From positions 129,264 through 193,263 of the forward strand of contig CACZHP010000001.1 in NCBI GenBank assembly GCA_902780935.1: 64,000 nt of DNA. The letters run 5' to 3'. Made by a program: the position numbers and the translations under genes. The notes beneath the pieces are model-generated. The model was not told where the DNA came from and ran no database searches. It worked only from the letters and a program-made list of their open reading frames with translations. Shown here piece by piece: positions 26,281 through 36,580 of the stretch. Each line of letters starts with the position of its first letter. Positions within the stretch are counted from its first letter, which is position 1. The DNA is from an uncultured Bacteroidia bacterium. Lineage in GTDB: Bacteria > Bacteroidota > Bacteroidia > Bacteroidales > UBA932.

Positions 26281-27766
26281 GAGCTATTTCCACTTCCTTT
26301 TCCGGAAGGAGCAGGCGTTGGACTGGATGGTCATATTCTTGACCGTACTGGCCGGGTGCTTGCTTGTGACAATCACATTCCCATACCCAAGAATGTCTTC
26401 AGACACTTACGGGTACATTTGGGCGGCCATGAACAATCGGTTCACCCATCTGCGGCCATTCGGTTACTCGTTTTTTTTGAGGATTCTCCATGTTTTTTCC
26501 AAGAGTCTCTATTCGATAATTGTGTCGCAGGCTCTCATTTATGCTGTCTCGGCGGGTATTCTCCTTCTGGCCGTGAAGAAATACTGGCCTCCAAGAAAGA
26601 ACTGGTGGTTTATTGTTTTTGAAGTCGTGACGGTCTTCAGCCCCACGGCCTTTTTCCTGTTTGACACCATTCTCTCCGATGTCCTGCAGTGTGCTTTATT
26701 GTTCGTTATCGTCGCCATGCTCTTGGTCATGATACACGAGGAATCCTGGGTTGCCTTGCTTCTGTACGCCGCCGCGTTGTTCTGCTCTTTCCACACAAGA
26801 TATTCCAGCATGTATCTTCCGGTCGCGATACTCCCCATCCTCGTCTTGTCGGGCAAAAAGGCCATGCGTTTGGTCTCTGTTGGGTTGACGGTCGCCGTAT
26901 TCGCCGTTTTCTATGTCCAGACAGAGCATGATATGGTTAAATATTACGGGCTCAAGCAGTTCTCAACGGGATTTGACGGATGGCAGCTCGCGAATAACGG
27001 GCTCCATGTCATACCTTTCATAGACATCGAGCCGGATAAGATCAAGATCCCCGAGGATAATGACTTGAAACGGCTCCATGAATTCGTGCTCAATTATAAT
27101 TATAAGCACCATAAAATTGAGGAGTACACCAATGAAGGGAAAAAACCCACCGCTTCATTTATATGGATTAACGATGCCCCGTTGAAACAATATCATATCC
27201 GGTATCTGAAGGAAAATGAGGGTAAGTATGATATGGCGATGTCATGGGTCATACTTGGGTCCGGGGTATATAAAGAATACGGGAAGTGGCTGATTGTCAA
27301 TTATCCATGGCTCTTTATAAAGCATTATCTTTTCCCTAATATCAAACAGGTCTTCTTCACGACATTGCTGGAGATGCACACTCTGGGGAGTGACATTCCT
27401 GCGGGAAAGAATGAAATTGTTGAGTGGTTTGATGTTCCTGCTGACAAGTCTTTCGGATCGAGGGGAAAATTGTACCCTACCATATTCAATCCCCTTTACC
27501 CCTGGATTGAACTGATGACATGGCTGGTGTTCATCGCTTCTGCCGTAGTCTTATTGATTGTCAAGAGAAAAGGAGACCTTTCCAAAGAGACCAAACTGTC
27601 CCTTTGGATGATTTTCCTGTTAGGGTTCGTGTATTATGGGACAGTCACGTTCGCCAGTCCGATAGCGCTTCGCTACTGGATGCCGATGCATGCGGTGAAA
27701 CTGGTGTTCGCCTGGATCGCCGTTACCGAAACTCTTCGTATCCGGGCATCCCGAGCCCGGCAATGA
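26228..27766 (+). CDS. Polytopic membrane protein, possible GT-C-type glycosyltransferase
   Basis: About 10 TM segments; acidic motif SSDTYGY in the loop after TM1; [13 protein letters not shown]; large soluble loop; start codon uncertain (overlaps the upstream gene). Confidence 0.6.
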   Translation: MSGKSTPKKNTTKPPRPESYFHFLFRKEQALDWMVIFLTVLAGCLLVTITFPYPRMSSDTYGYIWAAMNNRFTHLRPFGYSFFLRILHVFSKSLYSIIVSQALIYAVSAGILLLAVKKYWPPRKNWWFIVFEVVTVFSPTAFFLFDTILSDVLQCALLFVIVAMLLVMIHEESWVALLLYAAALFCSFHTRYSSMYLPVAILPILVLSGKKAMRLVSVGLTVAVFAVFYVQTEHDMVKYYGLKQFSTGFDGWQLANNGLHVIPFIDIEPDKIKIPEDNDLKRLHEFVLNYNYKHHKIEEYTNEGKKPTASFIWINDAPLKQYHIRYLKENEGKYDMAMSWVILGSGVYKEYGKWLIVNYPWLFIKHYLFPNIKQVFFTTLLEMHTLGSDIPAGKNEIVEWFDVPADKSFGSRGKLYPTIFNPLYPWIELMTWLVFIASAVVLLIVKRKGDLSKETKLSLWMIFLLGFVYYGTVTFASPIALRYWMPMHAVKLVFAWIAVTETLRIRASRARQ

Positions 27767-28817
27767 ACTCCTTGAACTGCTTGTCGTCCCTCGGGCATAT
27801 CAGGAGGGCGTCGTCGGTGTCGATTACCATGAAGTTCCTCAGGCCTTTTATGGCGTAGATCTTCTTCTTGTCCTCGGTCACGACCAGGTTGTCCTCGTCT
27901 CCCTTGAAGAGGTTTTTCTTTGTGTTCGTGGCGTTTCCCTCCCGATCCCTGTTCGGTGCGGTCCTGAACAGCGACTCCCAGCTGTCGATGTCGAACCAAC
28001 CGAAACTGCCCGAATACAACCAGGCCAGGTCCGTCTTCTCCATGACACCATAGTCGATGGATATCTTCGGGCAGGCGGAGTAGGCTTTCTCCAGGAAAGC
28101 TTTCTCGCCGGGTCCGCCAAGGATGTTCTCCCAACCATTGAATACTGAAATGACGTCCGGCAGGTATTTCGTCATCTCGGTGAGGATTGTCGAGGCTTTC
28201 CAGGCGAAGATACCTGAGTTCCAGAAAAACTCGCCGCTATTGTAGAAAACCTGGGCGAGATCCTTGTCTGGTTTCTCGGTGAAAGTCTTGACTTTCACCG
28301 GTTTCCCTGATTGGGCTCCGGCTTTGCCTCCCGTGACTTGGATGTAGCCATATCCGGTCTCCGGACCAGTGGGAGATATTCCCAGGGTCATCAAGGCGTT
28401 GTTGCTGGCGGCGTATTCGATCACGTCGTCCACTGCCTTCCGGAAAGCAGTCTCGTCGGTGATGATATGGTCTGCCGGCGTGGTCAGGATGATGGCGTCC
28501 GGATCCCGTTTCAGGATGGTGAATGTCGAATATGCGATACAGGGTGCGGTGTTGCGGCTGTGTGGTTCGAGAAGAAGGTTCTCAGCCGGGAGTTCCGGGA
28601 TCTGCTCCTTTACCAAATCTCCGAACCTGTCCAATGTCACGACGATGATGTTCTCCTTCGGGATGATCCTTGAGAATCTCTCGAAAGTCATTCTCAGGAA
28701 GGATTTCCCGTCTCCGGCGATGTCCAGGAACTGTTTGGGCCTGGATTCCCTGCTTATCGGCCAGAAATGGTTCGCCGTACCTCCGGCCATGATCACACAA
28801 TATCTTTTATCTGTCAT
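27723..28817 (-). CDS. Mannose-1-phosphate guanylyltransferase-like nucleotidyltransferase
   Basis: VIMAGG, RPKQF, EPHSRNTAPCI, PADHII, TGYGYI, FTEKP, WNSGIF, SIDYGVME; start moved to ATG 28817. Confidence 0.88.
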   Translation of the reverse strand: MTDKRYCVIMAGGTANHFWPISRESRPKQFLDIAGDGKSFLRMTFERFSRIIPKENIIVVTLDRFGDLVKEQIPELPAENLLLEPHSRNTAPCIAYSTFTILKRDPDAIILTTPADHIITDETAFRKAVDDVIEYAASNNALMTLGISPTGPETGYGYIQVTGGKAGAQSGKPVKVKTFTEKPDKDLAQVFYNSGEFFWNSGIFAWKASTILTEMTKYLPDVISVFNGWENILGGPGEKAFLEKAYSACPKISIDYGVMEKTDLAWLYSGSFGWFDIDSWESLFRTAPNRDREGNATNTKKNLFKGDEDNLVVTEDKKKIYAIKGLRNFMVIDTDDALLICPRDDKQFKEFIAGLGMPGYEEFR

Positions 28818-28843
28818 ATTATGGGTCAAATCACAAAGCCTCC

Positions 28844-29245
28844 TCAAACATACATCGGGATGAAAGCCTCCGGAAACCATTCCAGCTTCTCCTCCCCACC
28901 ATCAAAAGTGACCGCCACGATGTCGAAGCTCACGTCCATCCCCCAGAACACCCCTGGATCCTTGGATTGGTGGAGATATCTCAGCGCTGCATTGGCTATC
29001 TTCTTCTGTTTGAGCGCAGTAACGTTTTCCTCCGGAGCTACGGCAACAGGTGCCACACGGCTCTTTACCTCTACAAAATGTACGCCGTTCCCTTTGGTTG
29101 AGATGATGTCAATCTCAAGATGCCCGGTCCTGTAATTCCTGGCGACGATCCGGTGTCCCATTCCTTGGAGAAAGCGGCATGCCGCATCCTCTCCTCTTTT
29201 CCCCAACAGCATCCTGGCTGTCGGTTTGCTTTCTTTGTTTTTCAT
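28844..29245 (-). CDS. YraN family (UPF0102) putative nuclease
   Basis: LGKRGEDAA, RNYRTGHLEIDII, VHFVEVKSR, FDIVAV. Confidence 0.9.
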   Translation of the reverse strand: MKNKESKPTARMLLGKRGEDAACRFLQGMGHRIVARNYRTGHLEIDIISTKGNGVHFVEVKSRVAPVAVAPEENVTALKQKKIANAALRYLHQSKDPGVFWGMDVSFDIVAVTFDGGEEKLEWFPEAFIPMYV

Positions 29246-29262
29246 AATTCATGTTAAATAAG

Positions 29263-31776
29263 TTATTCAAATTGGACGATGGTGACTCCGGTGCCGCCGA
29301 ACTGGATGTGCTCGTCATGGACGGAACTCACCCCGGGAATTGTCCTCAAATATTTCTGAAGCTCATCCCTCAGGGCTCCAGTCCCCTTCCCGTGGATGAT
29401 CCTGACTGAACCGACCCCTAGCATTATGGCGTCGTCGATGTAATGGATCACTATATCCAAGGCGTCGGAGACCCGCTCGCCCCTCACGTCAAGCTCGGGG
29501 GAAAATCTCATCCTGCGCTCCCTCAGTCCCGAATTGTCAACGGTCGAGACAGGTTTGACGGACTCTTTCCTGGCGGCCTTATATTCATTTGAGGATATTC
29601 TCTCCACCTTGTCCACTGGCATCTTGCTGGTGATGTTGCCAATAGCCACGGTCACCGCCTTGTTGGATACCCGGGTGACCTCGCCGACCATTCCGTTATC
29701 CTTGACCCTGACTTTCTCCCCGACTTTCAGCGGCCCGGGCCTGAAACGGTCTTTCTCTTCCGGCTCCATCTCCCTTTTCACACTGCCCTTCCTCGCCTCG
29801 GCCTTGCGCTTCCTATCTGACAGTTGCTTGAGTTTACGGTCTATGTAGTCGTCGTGCTCCTTCTTGTCGCTCTCTTTCTTTGTCTGGAGGGCTCCGAGGA
29901 AGTCCTGAAGCTCTTTCCTGGCGTCAGATGTTTTCTCCTTGTCCGCCTGCGACTCCTTGATCGTACGTATCGTGTTCTCGACGGTCTTGTTTGCTCCGAG
30001 CACTATCTCCTCGGCTTCCTTCTTGGCCTGCTCGAGGATCTCCTTCTTGGTCTGCTTTATGCCCTCCAACTCTTTCTGGTAGCGCTCGGTTATGCTGTCA
30101 AGGGTTCTGTCGGTATTCTTTATCTTCTGGAGCTTCTCATCCAAGGCCCGCCGGTTGCGCACGATCTTGCGAAGGTTCCTCTCCATTCCGACGAACTCCT
30201 CTCCGACCCTGGTCTCAGCGTCCTTCACTATGTTCTCAGGAAGCCCCATTTTCCTTGCAAGCTCGAAAGCGAAAGATCCTCCCGGCATACCGATGTCCAG
30301 CTTGAAAAGGGGCTGGATCTTTGAGGCGTCGAACTGCATGGCTCCGTTCACGACCCCGGTGTCGGGGCCCGAGGCGTAAAGCTTAAGATTCGTGTAGTGG
30401 GTGGTGATCACTCCATAGACACCTCTCTTATCTATCTCGCTGAGAATTGCTTCCGCTATCGCTCCTCCGGCTGTCGGCTCGGTGCCTGAACCGAACTCGT
30501 CGATCAGGACCAGGGTCTTGGAGTCCGCTTCCCTGAGCATGGTTTTCATGTCCTCGAGGAAAGAACTGTATGTGCTGAGGTCGTTTTCGATGCTTTGGTC
30601 GTCACCGATGCTCACCATGATCCTGTCGAACACGGGCAGCTCGGAAGACTCTGAGGTCGGGACGAGCATTCCCCATTGGAACATGTACTGAAGGAGTCCG
30701 GCGGTCTTGAGGCAGACGGATTTTCCTCCGGCGTTGGGACCGGAGATTAATAATATGTGCTTGGCCGGAGTGAGCTTGATGGTGACGGGGACGATCTCCC
30801 TTTTCTCCCTTGCGAGCGCTTTCTCGAGCAGGGGGTGTCTGGCTTTCCGCAAGTTCATCTCCCCTTCTTCGGAGATGACCGGCATCCCCGCTTTGAAATC
30901 GAGGGCGACCTGTGCCTTGGCGATCAGGAAATCCATCTCTCCCATATATTCGGCAGAGTTGATCAGATCAGGGACATAAGGCCTGATAAAATCGCTGAAA
31001 GCGGCGAGGATACGTTGGATTTCCTGGGTCTCCTCGGCCCGTAGGGAGAAGATCTCGTTCTCTATCTCAATTATTTCCGCGGGCTCCACGAAAGCTGTCT
31101 TTCCGGTCGCGGATGTGTCGTAAACGAATCCGGGGATCTTTTTCTTGCTTGAGCCGCTCACGGGGATCAGGAGTTTTCCGTCCCTGACCGACAGGCCCGC
31201 GTCCTCATCTACGAGGCCGTCCGCTTTTGCTTGGGCAAGGATGGCATTAGCCCTCTTGGAAATGGCTCCTTCCTTGGCTTTCAACGACTTCCGTATCTGA
31301 AGCAGGTTGTCCGAGGCCGTGTCTTTAATGTCTCCGTATTTGTCCAGGATCGTGTCTATCCTTCTCTGGACTTCCGGGAAACTCATCACCGGGGCGCTCA
31401 TCTTCTTGAGGTTGGGATATATCCCATCCTTTATAGACATGAAGAAATTGGTCAGCTTTCGGACGGTCTCCACCATGGTGCGGAGCTTACCCAGGGAACC
31501 CGTGTCGATGTACCATCCTTCTTGGGCGAGAGGTTTGAGGAAATACATGCAGTCGATGTAGCCGTTCGTCGGGAAGCTTTCCTCGAACATCATGATGAGC
31601 CTCATCTCGTCCGTCAGGGCAAGCCTGTGCCGGATAGTCCTCGGGTCAGAGCAGAAAGTCTCCTCAGCCACTCTGCCCACGGCATATTCAGTAGAACAAC
31701 GGTCAGAGACCATAGCCCTGACCTTGTCAAACCCCAGTTTGCTTTCCAGCCTCCTGTCTATTCCGTTCTCCTCCAT
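29263..31776 (-). CDS. mutS2: MutS2 family protein with C-terminal Smr domain
   Basis: ISGPNAGGKS P-loop, IGDDQSIENDLSTYSS, LIDEFGSGTEP, TTHY, coiled coil, KOW-like segment, LDVRG...IIHGKGTG; ATG overlaps the cdaA TGA. Confidence 0.95.
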   Translation of the reverse strand: MEENGIDRRLESKLGFDKVRAMVSDRCSTEYAVGRVAEETFCSDPRTIRHRLALTDEMRLIMMFEESFPTNGYIDCMYFLKPLAQEGWYIDTGSLGKLRTMVETVRKLTNFFMSIKDGIYPNLKKMSAPVMSFPEVQRRIDTILDKYGDIKDTASDNLLQIRKSLKAKEGAISKRANAILAQAKADGLVDEDAGLSVRDGKLLIPVSGSSKKKIPGFVYDTSATGKTAFVEPAEIIEIENEIFSLRAEETQEIQRILAAFSDFIRPYVPDLINSAEYMGEMDFLIAKAQVALDFKAGMPVISEEGEMNLRKARHPLLEKALAREKREIVPVTIKLTPAKHILLISGPNAGGKSVCLKTAGLLQYMFQWGMLVPTSESSELPVFDRIMVSIGDDQSIENDLSTYSSFLEDMKTMLREADSKTLVLIDEFGSGTEPTAGGAIAEAILSEIDKRGVYGVITTHYTNLKLYASGPDTGVVNGAMQFDASKIQPLFKLDIGMPGGSFAFELARKMGLPENIVKDAETRVGEEFVGMERNLRKIVRNRRALDEKLQKIKNTDRTLDSITERYQKELEGIKQTKKEILEQAKKEAEEIVLGANKTVENTIRTIKESQADKEKTSDARKELQDFLGALQTKKESDKKEHDDYIDRKLKQLSDRKRKAEARKGSVKREMEPEEKDRFRPGPLKVGEKVRVKDNGMVGEVTRVSNKAVTVAIGNITSKMPVDKVERISSNEYKAARKESVKPVSTVDNSGLRERRMRFSPELDVRGERVSDALDIVIHYIDDAIMLGVGSVRIIHGKGTGALRDELQKYLRTIPGVSSVHDEHIQFGGTGVTIVQFE

Positions 31777-32591
31777 CACTTCTCTTCTTTCTTACCCAGC
31801 CTGAGTTTGAGCTCGTTTATATTGCCTATCGGAATGAGGGAACCCCCGCTCACGAAAGACACCCCTCCCGTTTCCTCCGACACCACCACGACGTCGGCGT
31901 CCGTCTCTTCGGAGATCCCTATGGCCGCCTTGTGCCTCATTCCATAGCTGGGCGGAATGTCTGTCCTTTGGGTGATGGGGAGAGTACACCTTGCGGCGGC
32001 GATCCGGTCACCTTCTATAATCATGGCACCGTCATGGAGAGGGGAGTTCTTGAAGAAGATATTCATTATCAATCTTCTGGAGACTTTCGCGTCAACAGTG
32101 TCTCCAGTTTCGATAATATGATTCAAGGAATCTTTGTGAGGGAGCACTATCAAGGCGCCGGTCTTGTTCTCAGACATGGCCCTGCAAGCTTCCGCTATCT
32201 CATTGACAGATTCTCCCGCGAGCTTTTGTTCTTTGACTCCGAACAGTTTACCTATCAGTTCCCTGCCCTTGCCGGCAGCTCCGTATGTGGATCCCAGCCT
32301 GATCAGGAAATGCCTGACCTCCGGCTGGAAGATCACGATCAGGGCCAGCACACCAACGTCTATGAAGGTGCCAAGCAGGGCGTTCATCAGTTTCATGTTC
32401 AAGGCGGCCACGACCACTCTCAGCACAAACAGTATGATAACTGCGATGAAAATGCTCATCGCCGCGGATCCCCTGATCCAGCGGAACACGAGGTATATCA
32501 AGGCGGCGACCATCAGGATGTCCAGGCAGTCCGCCGCGGACAGGTTGAGGAAACCGAAGATAGACAATATATGGTTTATCATTACGCTCAT
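31776..32591 (-). CDS. cdaA: Diadenylate cyclase CdaA/DacA (three TM segments plus DAC domain)
   Basis: IVIFQPEVR, TGALIV, FFKNSPLHDGAMII, GMRHKAAIGISE, VVVSEETG; start at ATG 32591 or 32582 because the TTG at 32603 lies inside the -7 box. Confidence 0.93.
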   Translation of the reverse strand: MSVMINHILSIFGFLNLSAADCLDILMVAALIYLVFRWIRGSAAMSIFIAVIILFVLRVVVAALNMKLMNALLGTFIDVGVLALIVIFQPEVRHFLIRLGSTYGAAGKGRELIGKLFGVKEQKLAGESVNEIAEACRAMSENKTGALIVLPHKDSLNHIIETGDTVDAKVSRRLIMNIFFKNSPLHDGAMIIEGDRIAAARCTLPITQRTDIPPSYGMRHKAAIGISEETDADVVVVSEETGGVSFVSGGSLIPIGNINELKLRLGKKEEK

Positions 32592-32599
32592 TTTGTACC

Positions 32600-32608
32600 G
32601 CAAAGATA
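32600..32608 (-). promoter_or_regulatory. -7 box for the cdaA-mutS2-yraN-manC unit
   Basis: GCAAAGATA reads TATCTTTGC on the minus strand. Confidence 0.6.
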
Positions 32609-32650
32609 GCGATTTCTCTTTGATTATGAGGTCTTAGGGTTGTGGAAAAC

Positions 32651-32681
32651 TTTGTTAATTAAAATAAAATTCGTACATTTG
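32651..32681 (+). promoter_or_regulatory. Promoter directly upstream of rplC
   Basis: TTTG 32651-32654, 19-nt spacer, TACATTTG 32674-32681, then a short CCCGC/GCGGG leader hairpin. Confidence 0.75.
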
Positions 32682-32742
32682 CAGCCCGCGATTTTTAGCG
32701 GGATAATGTAATACATTTATATACAATTAATTAACCAAACCA

Positions 32743-33366
32743 ATGCCTGGATTAATTGGAAAGAAAATCGGAATGACTTCCGTTTTCGGTGCTGATGGAA
32801 AGAATATTCCATGCACCGTCATCGAGGCTGGTCCGTGTGTTGTCACGCAACTGCGCACTCTTGAGAAAGATGGCTATGAGGCCGTGCAGCTTGCCTATGA
32901 CGAAATCAAGGAGATACACGCCAGCGAGCCCCTCAAAGGGCACTTCAAAAAGGCAGGGACCACCCCCAAGCGTAAGCTCGTCGAGTTTCCGGCGGACTTC
33001 GAGGGTGAGCTCAAGCTCGGAGACACCATCACTGTCGGAGACATCATGAGCGATGTCAAATTCGTCGATGTTGTCGGTACTTCCAAAGGTAAAGGTTTCC
33101 AGGGCGTTGTCCACCGTTATCACTTCGCCGGTGTCGGCGGAGCGACCCACGGTCAGCACAACCGTCTTCGCAAACCTGGTTCACTGGGAGCTTCCTCATG
33201 GCCTTCACGCGTCTTCCCCGGAATGAGGATGGGCGGCCACATGGGCAATGAGAGGGTCAAGGTCTTCAACCTCGAGGTTGTCAAGGTCATCCCTGAGAAC
33301 AATCTTCTTGTCATTAAGGGTTCCGTTCCCGGAGCCAAGGGTTCATATGTAGCATTGGAGTTTTAG
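32743..33366 (+). CDS. rplC: 50S ribosomal protein L3
   Basis: [32 protein letters not shown]. Confidence 0.98.
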   Translation: MPGLIGKKIGMTSVFGADGKNIPCTVIEAGPCVVTQLRTLEKDGYEAVQLAYDEIKEIHASEPLKGHFKKAGTTPKRKLVEFPADFEGELKLGDTITVGDIMSDVKFVDVVGTSKGKGFQGVVHRYHFAGVGGATHGQHNRLRKPGSLGASSWPSRVFPGMRMGGHMGNERVKVFNLEVVKVIPENNLLVIKGSVPGAKGSYVALEF

Positions 33367-33368
33367 TT

Positions 33369-33998
33369 ATGGAATTGCCAGTATTGAAAATAGACGGAAC
33401 TGATTCCGGAAAGAAGGTTGTCCTTGACGAGAAGGTCTTCGGTGTCGAACCCAATGACCACGCTATCTATCTTGATGTCGTCCAGTACCTCGCCAACCAG
33501 CGCCAGGGTACCGCCAAGACCAAGGACCGCAGCGAGATCGCTCACTCTACCAAGAAGCTCGGCCGCCAGAAAGGCGGCGGTGGCGCCCGTCACGGAAGCT
33601 TGAAGTCCAACATCTTCGTTGGCGGTGGCCGCGTTTTCGGCCCCAAGCCCCGTATCTACAGGACCAAGCTCAACAAGAAAGTCAAGGAGCTCGCGCGCCA
33701 TTCCGCTCTCACATACAAGGCTCAGGAGAACGCTATCGTCTTCGTGGAGCCCTTCACCATGGAAGCCCCTAAGACCAAGGAGTTCATGCGCATCATCGAG
33801 GCCCTCAAGGCCGGCAGCCGCAAGGTTCTCTTCGTTCTTCCGGAGAATTCCAACAACATTTTCCTTTCGTCACGTAACCTCCCTGAGGTTAAGGTTATCA
33901 CTGTCAACGAGCTCAACACCTACAACATCATGAACGCCAACTCCATGGTGTTTGTTGACGGAGTCCAGGATATCCTCTCGGAAAGGGCTAACCGCTAA
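33369..33998 (+). CDS. rplD: 50S ribosomal protein L4
   Basis: [29 protein letters not shown]. Confidence 0.98.
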   Translation: MELPVLKIDGTDSGKKVVLDEKVFGVEPNDHAIYLDVVQYLANQRQGTAKTKDRSEIAHSTKKLGRQKGGGGARHGSLKSNIFVGGGRVFGPKPRIYRTKLNKKVKELARHSALTYKAQENAIVFVEPFTMEAPKTKEFMRIIEALKAGSRKVLFVLPENSNNIFLSSRNLPEVKVITVNELNTYNIMNANSMVFVDGVQDILSERANR

Positions 33999-34010
33999 AA
34001 GATTAGAGAA

Positions 34011-34301
34011 ATGGGAATTTTAATCAAGCCTATAGTGACCGAGAAGATGACGGCTGAGACTGAGAAGTACAACCGTTATGGCTTCATTGTCGACAAGGAC
34101 GCCAACAAGCTTCAGATCAAGAGCGCCGTCGAGCAGATGTACAATGTGACCGTGAAGGATGTCAACACGATCAACTACCACGGAAAGAGAAAGTCCCGCT
34201 ACACCAAGGCTGGGATGCTCACTGGCCGTACCAACCACTTCAAGAAGGCTTATGTCACTCTTGAGGGTGAGGACAAGATCGATTTCTACGCTAATATTTA
34301 A
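34011..34301 (+). CDS. rplW: 50S ribosomal protein L23
   Basis: [26 protein letters not shown]. Confidence 0.98.
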   Translation: MGILIKPIVTEKMTAETEKYNRYGFIVDKDANKLQIKSAVEQMYNVTVKDVNTINYHGKRKSRYTKAGMLTGRTNHFKKAYVTLEGEDKIDFYANI

Positions 34302-34315
34302 GGAGGGACAAGGCA

Positions 34316-35143
34316 ATGGCAATTAGAAAATTCAAGCCCACGACCCCTGGACAGAGGAACAAGGCTATCAGCGCTTTTGACGAAATCACCGCCAAAAAGC
34401 CGTACAAACCGTTGTTGGAGCCCCTTAAGAGCACCGGCGGAAGGAACAACACAGGTCAGATGACCGTTCGTTACCGCGGCGGCGGACACAAGAGGATGTA
34501 CCGTATCATCGACTTCCTCCGTGACAAGGACAATATCAAGGCTACTGTCAAGACCATCGAGTATGATCCTAACCGCAGCTCCCGTATCGCCCTCGTCGAG
34601 TATGAGGATGGTGTCAAGAAGTACATCATCGCCCCTGCCGGACTGAAGGTCGGTCAGATCATCGAGTCCGGATCGGGTGTTTCTCCCGACCTTGGCAACT
34701 GCCTCCCTCTCGCTGAGATTCCTGTCGGTACGCTCGTCCACAACATCGAGCTTCGTCCCGGACAGGGCGCCGCGATGGCCCGCTCGGCCGGCACTTTCGC
34801 CCAGCTGGCGGCCCGCGAGGGCAACTATGCGATCCTTCGTCTCCCTTCGGGCGAGACCAGGATGGTTCTTACCGCTTGCCGCGCTACCGTCGGTACTGTT
34901 GGTAATGGAGACCACAATCTTGAATCTCATGGAAAGGCGGGACGTCGCCGCTGGTTGGGCCGCAGGCCTCACAACCGTGGTGTCGTCATGAACCCTCACG
35001 ACCACCCTATGGGAGGTGGAGAGGGCCGCGCCTCCGGAGGACACCCTCGCTCACGCAAGGGATTGCCTGCAAAGGGTTACAAGACGCGTAATCCCAAGGC
35101 GTCCTCCAACAAGTTCATCATCGAAAGAAGGAAGAAGAAGTAA
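34316..35143 (+). CDS. rplB: 50S ribosomal protein L2
   Basis: [35 protein letters not shown]. Confidence 0.98.
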   Translation: MAIRKFKPTTPGQRNKAISAFDEITAKKPYKPLLEPLKSTGGRNNTGQMTVRYRGGGHKRMYRIIDFLRDKDNIKATVKTIEYDPNRSSRIALVEYEDGVKKYIIAPAGLKVGQIIESGSGVSPDLGNCLPLAEIPVGTLVHNIELRPGQGAAMARSAGTFAQLAAREGNYAILRLPSGETRMVLTACRATVGTVGNGDHNLESHGKAGRRRWLGRRPHNRGVVMNPHDHPMGGGEGRASGGHPRSRKGLPAKGYKTRNPKASSNKFIIERRKKK

Positions 35144-35162
35144 TTAAACAGAAATCAAGATT

Positions 35163-35338
35163 ATGAGTCGTTCATTAAGAAAAGGACCGTACATCCAGGA
35201 AGCCCTGGAGAAGAGAATTCTTGCTATGAAGGGAACAAGTTCATTCCTGTTTACATTACTGAGAACATGGTCGGACACAAGCTTGGCGAATTCGCCCCTA
35301 CCAGAACTTTCAAAGGCCATTCGGGCAACAATAAGTAA
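35163..35338 (+). pseudogene. rpsS: 30S ribosomal protein S19 with an internal deletion of about 91 nt and a frameshift (as assembled)
   Basis: MSRSLRKGPYIQEALEKRILAM, then from 35231 in a different frame GNKFIPVYITENMVGHKLGEFAPTRTFKGHSGNNK*; the central KTWxRxSxIxPxFVGxTxAVHN segment is absent. Confidence 0.85.
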
Positions 35339-35359
35339 TCATTAAAGGAGATTTAAGTT

Positions 35360-35779
35360 ATGGGAGCTCGTAAAAGACTTATGGCTGAGAAGTTCAAGGA
35401 AGCCAAAAAGAATACCGCTATAACAAAGCTTAACGACGTGCCTACATCCCCTCGCAAAATGCGCCTTGTGGCCGACACTGTGAGAGGTGTGGAAGTGAAC
35501 CGTGCGCTTGACCTTCTTCATTTCTCGAAGAAGCATCCGTCAATCCCGCTCGAGAAGGCTCTCCGCAGCGCTATCGCTAACTGGGAAGCCAAGAACCCTG
35601 ACAAGAGTAAGGAGCTGGACAACGGTAATGTGTATGTCAAGACCATCATGGTGAATGAGGGCCGTACGCTCAAGAGAATCCGTCCCTGCCCCCAGGGCCG
35701 TGCCGGAAGGATCCGCAAGCGTTCGAACCATGTCACCATCATTCTCGATGTCAAACCCGCTACAGTAGAGGAGAATTAA
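35360..35779 (+). CDS. rplV: 50S ribosomal protein L22
   Basis: [35 protein letters not shown]. Confidence 0.97.
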   Translation: MGARKRLMAEKFKEAKKNTAITKLNDVPTSPRKMRLVADTVRGVEVNRALDLLHFSKKHPSIPLEKALRSAIANWEAKNPDKSKELDNGNVYVKTIMVNEGRTLKRIRPCPQGRAGRIRKRSNHVTIILDVKPATVEEN

Positions 35780-35781
35780 TT

Positions 35782-36561
35782 ATGGGACAGAAAACTAATC
35801 CTATTTCCAACAGAATCGGTATCACCCGCGGATGGGACTCCAACTGGTGTGGCGGCAACTACGCCGAGAAGATCGCCGAGGATTATGAGATCCGCAAGTA
35901 CCTGACCAACCGTCTCGCGAAAGCCAGCATCTCCAAGATAGTCATTGAGAGGACTCTCAAGCTCATCACCGTGACCATCCATGCCGCAAGGCCCGGATTC
36001 ATCATCGGAAAGGGCGGACAGGAGGTTGACAAGCTCAAGGAAGAGCTCAAGAAAGTCACCAAGAAGGATGTCCAGATCAACATCTTCGAGGTCAAGAGGC
36101 CTGAGGTTGACGCCAATATCGTGGCTGACAGCATCGCTCGTCAGATCGAGGGACGCGTCTCTTACCGCAGGGCTATCAAGATGGCTATCGCCTCCGCCAT
36201 GAGGGTCGGTGCCGAGGGCATCAAGATCCAGATCAGCGGCCGCGTCGGTGGCGCTGAGATGGCTCGCAGCGAGATGTTCAAGGAAGGCCGTACTCCCCTT
36301 CACACTTTCCGCGCCGACATCGACTACGCTCTGGCTATCGCCAGCACCAAGGTCGGTTGCCTCGGAATCAAGGTGTGGATATGCAACGGTGAGCGTTACG
36401 GCAAGCAGGATCTTACTCCTAACGCCCCCTCAGCGGCGAATGCCCAGGGTGGCGGACGTCCCCGCGGAGACCGCGGAGACCGCAGGGGTGAGCGTCGTGG
36501 CGATCGTGGCGACCGTCGCGGTGGCCGCGGACCTCGTCGTGACTCCAGGAACGCCGAGTAA
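35782..36561 (+). CDS. rpsC: 30S ribosomal protein S3
   Basis: [43 protein letters not shown]; Arg/Gly/Asp-rich tail. Confidence 0.98.
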   Translation: MGQKTNPISNRIGITRGWDSNWCGGNYAEKIAEDYEIRKYLTNRLAKASISKIVIERTLKLITVTIHAARPGFIIGKGGQEVDKLKEELKKVTKKDVQINIFEVKRPEVDANIVADSIARQIEGRVSYRRAIKMAIASAMRVGAEGIKIQISGRVGGAEMARSEMFKEGRTPLHTFRADIDYALAIASTKVGCLGIKVWICNGERYGKQDLTPNAPSAANAQGGGRPRGDRGDRRGERRGDRGDRRGGRGPRRDSRNAE

Positions 36562-36580
36562 GCGAAATCCTTCAATATCA

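Noticed and set aside
35220-35240. Programmed frameshift rescuing rpsS
   Set aside because: A frameshift cannot restore about 30 missing conserved codons, and there is no convincing slippery heptamer or stimulatory structure
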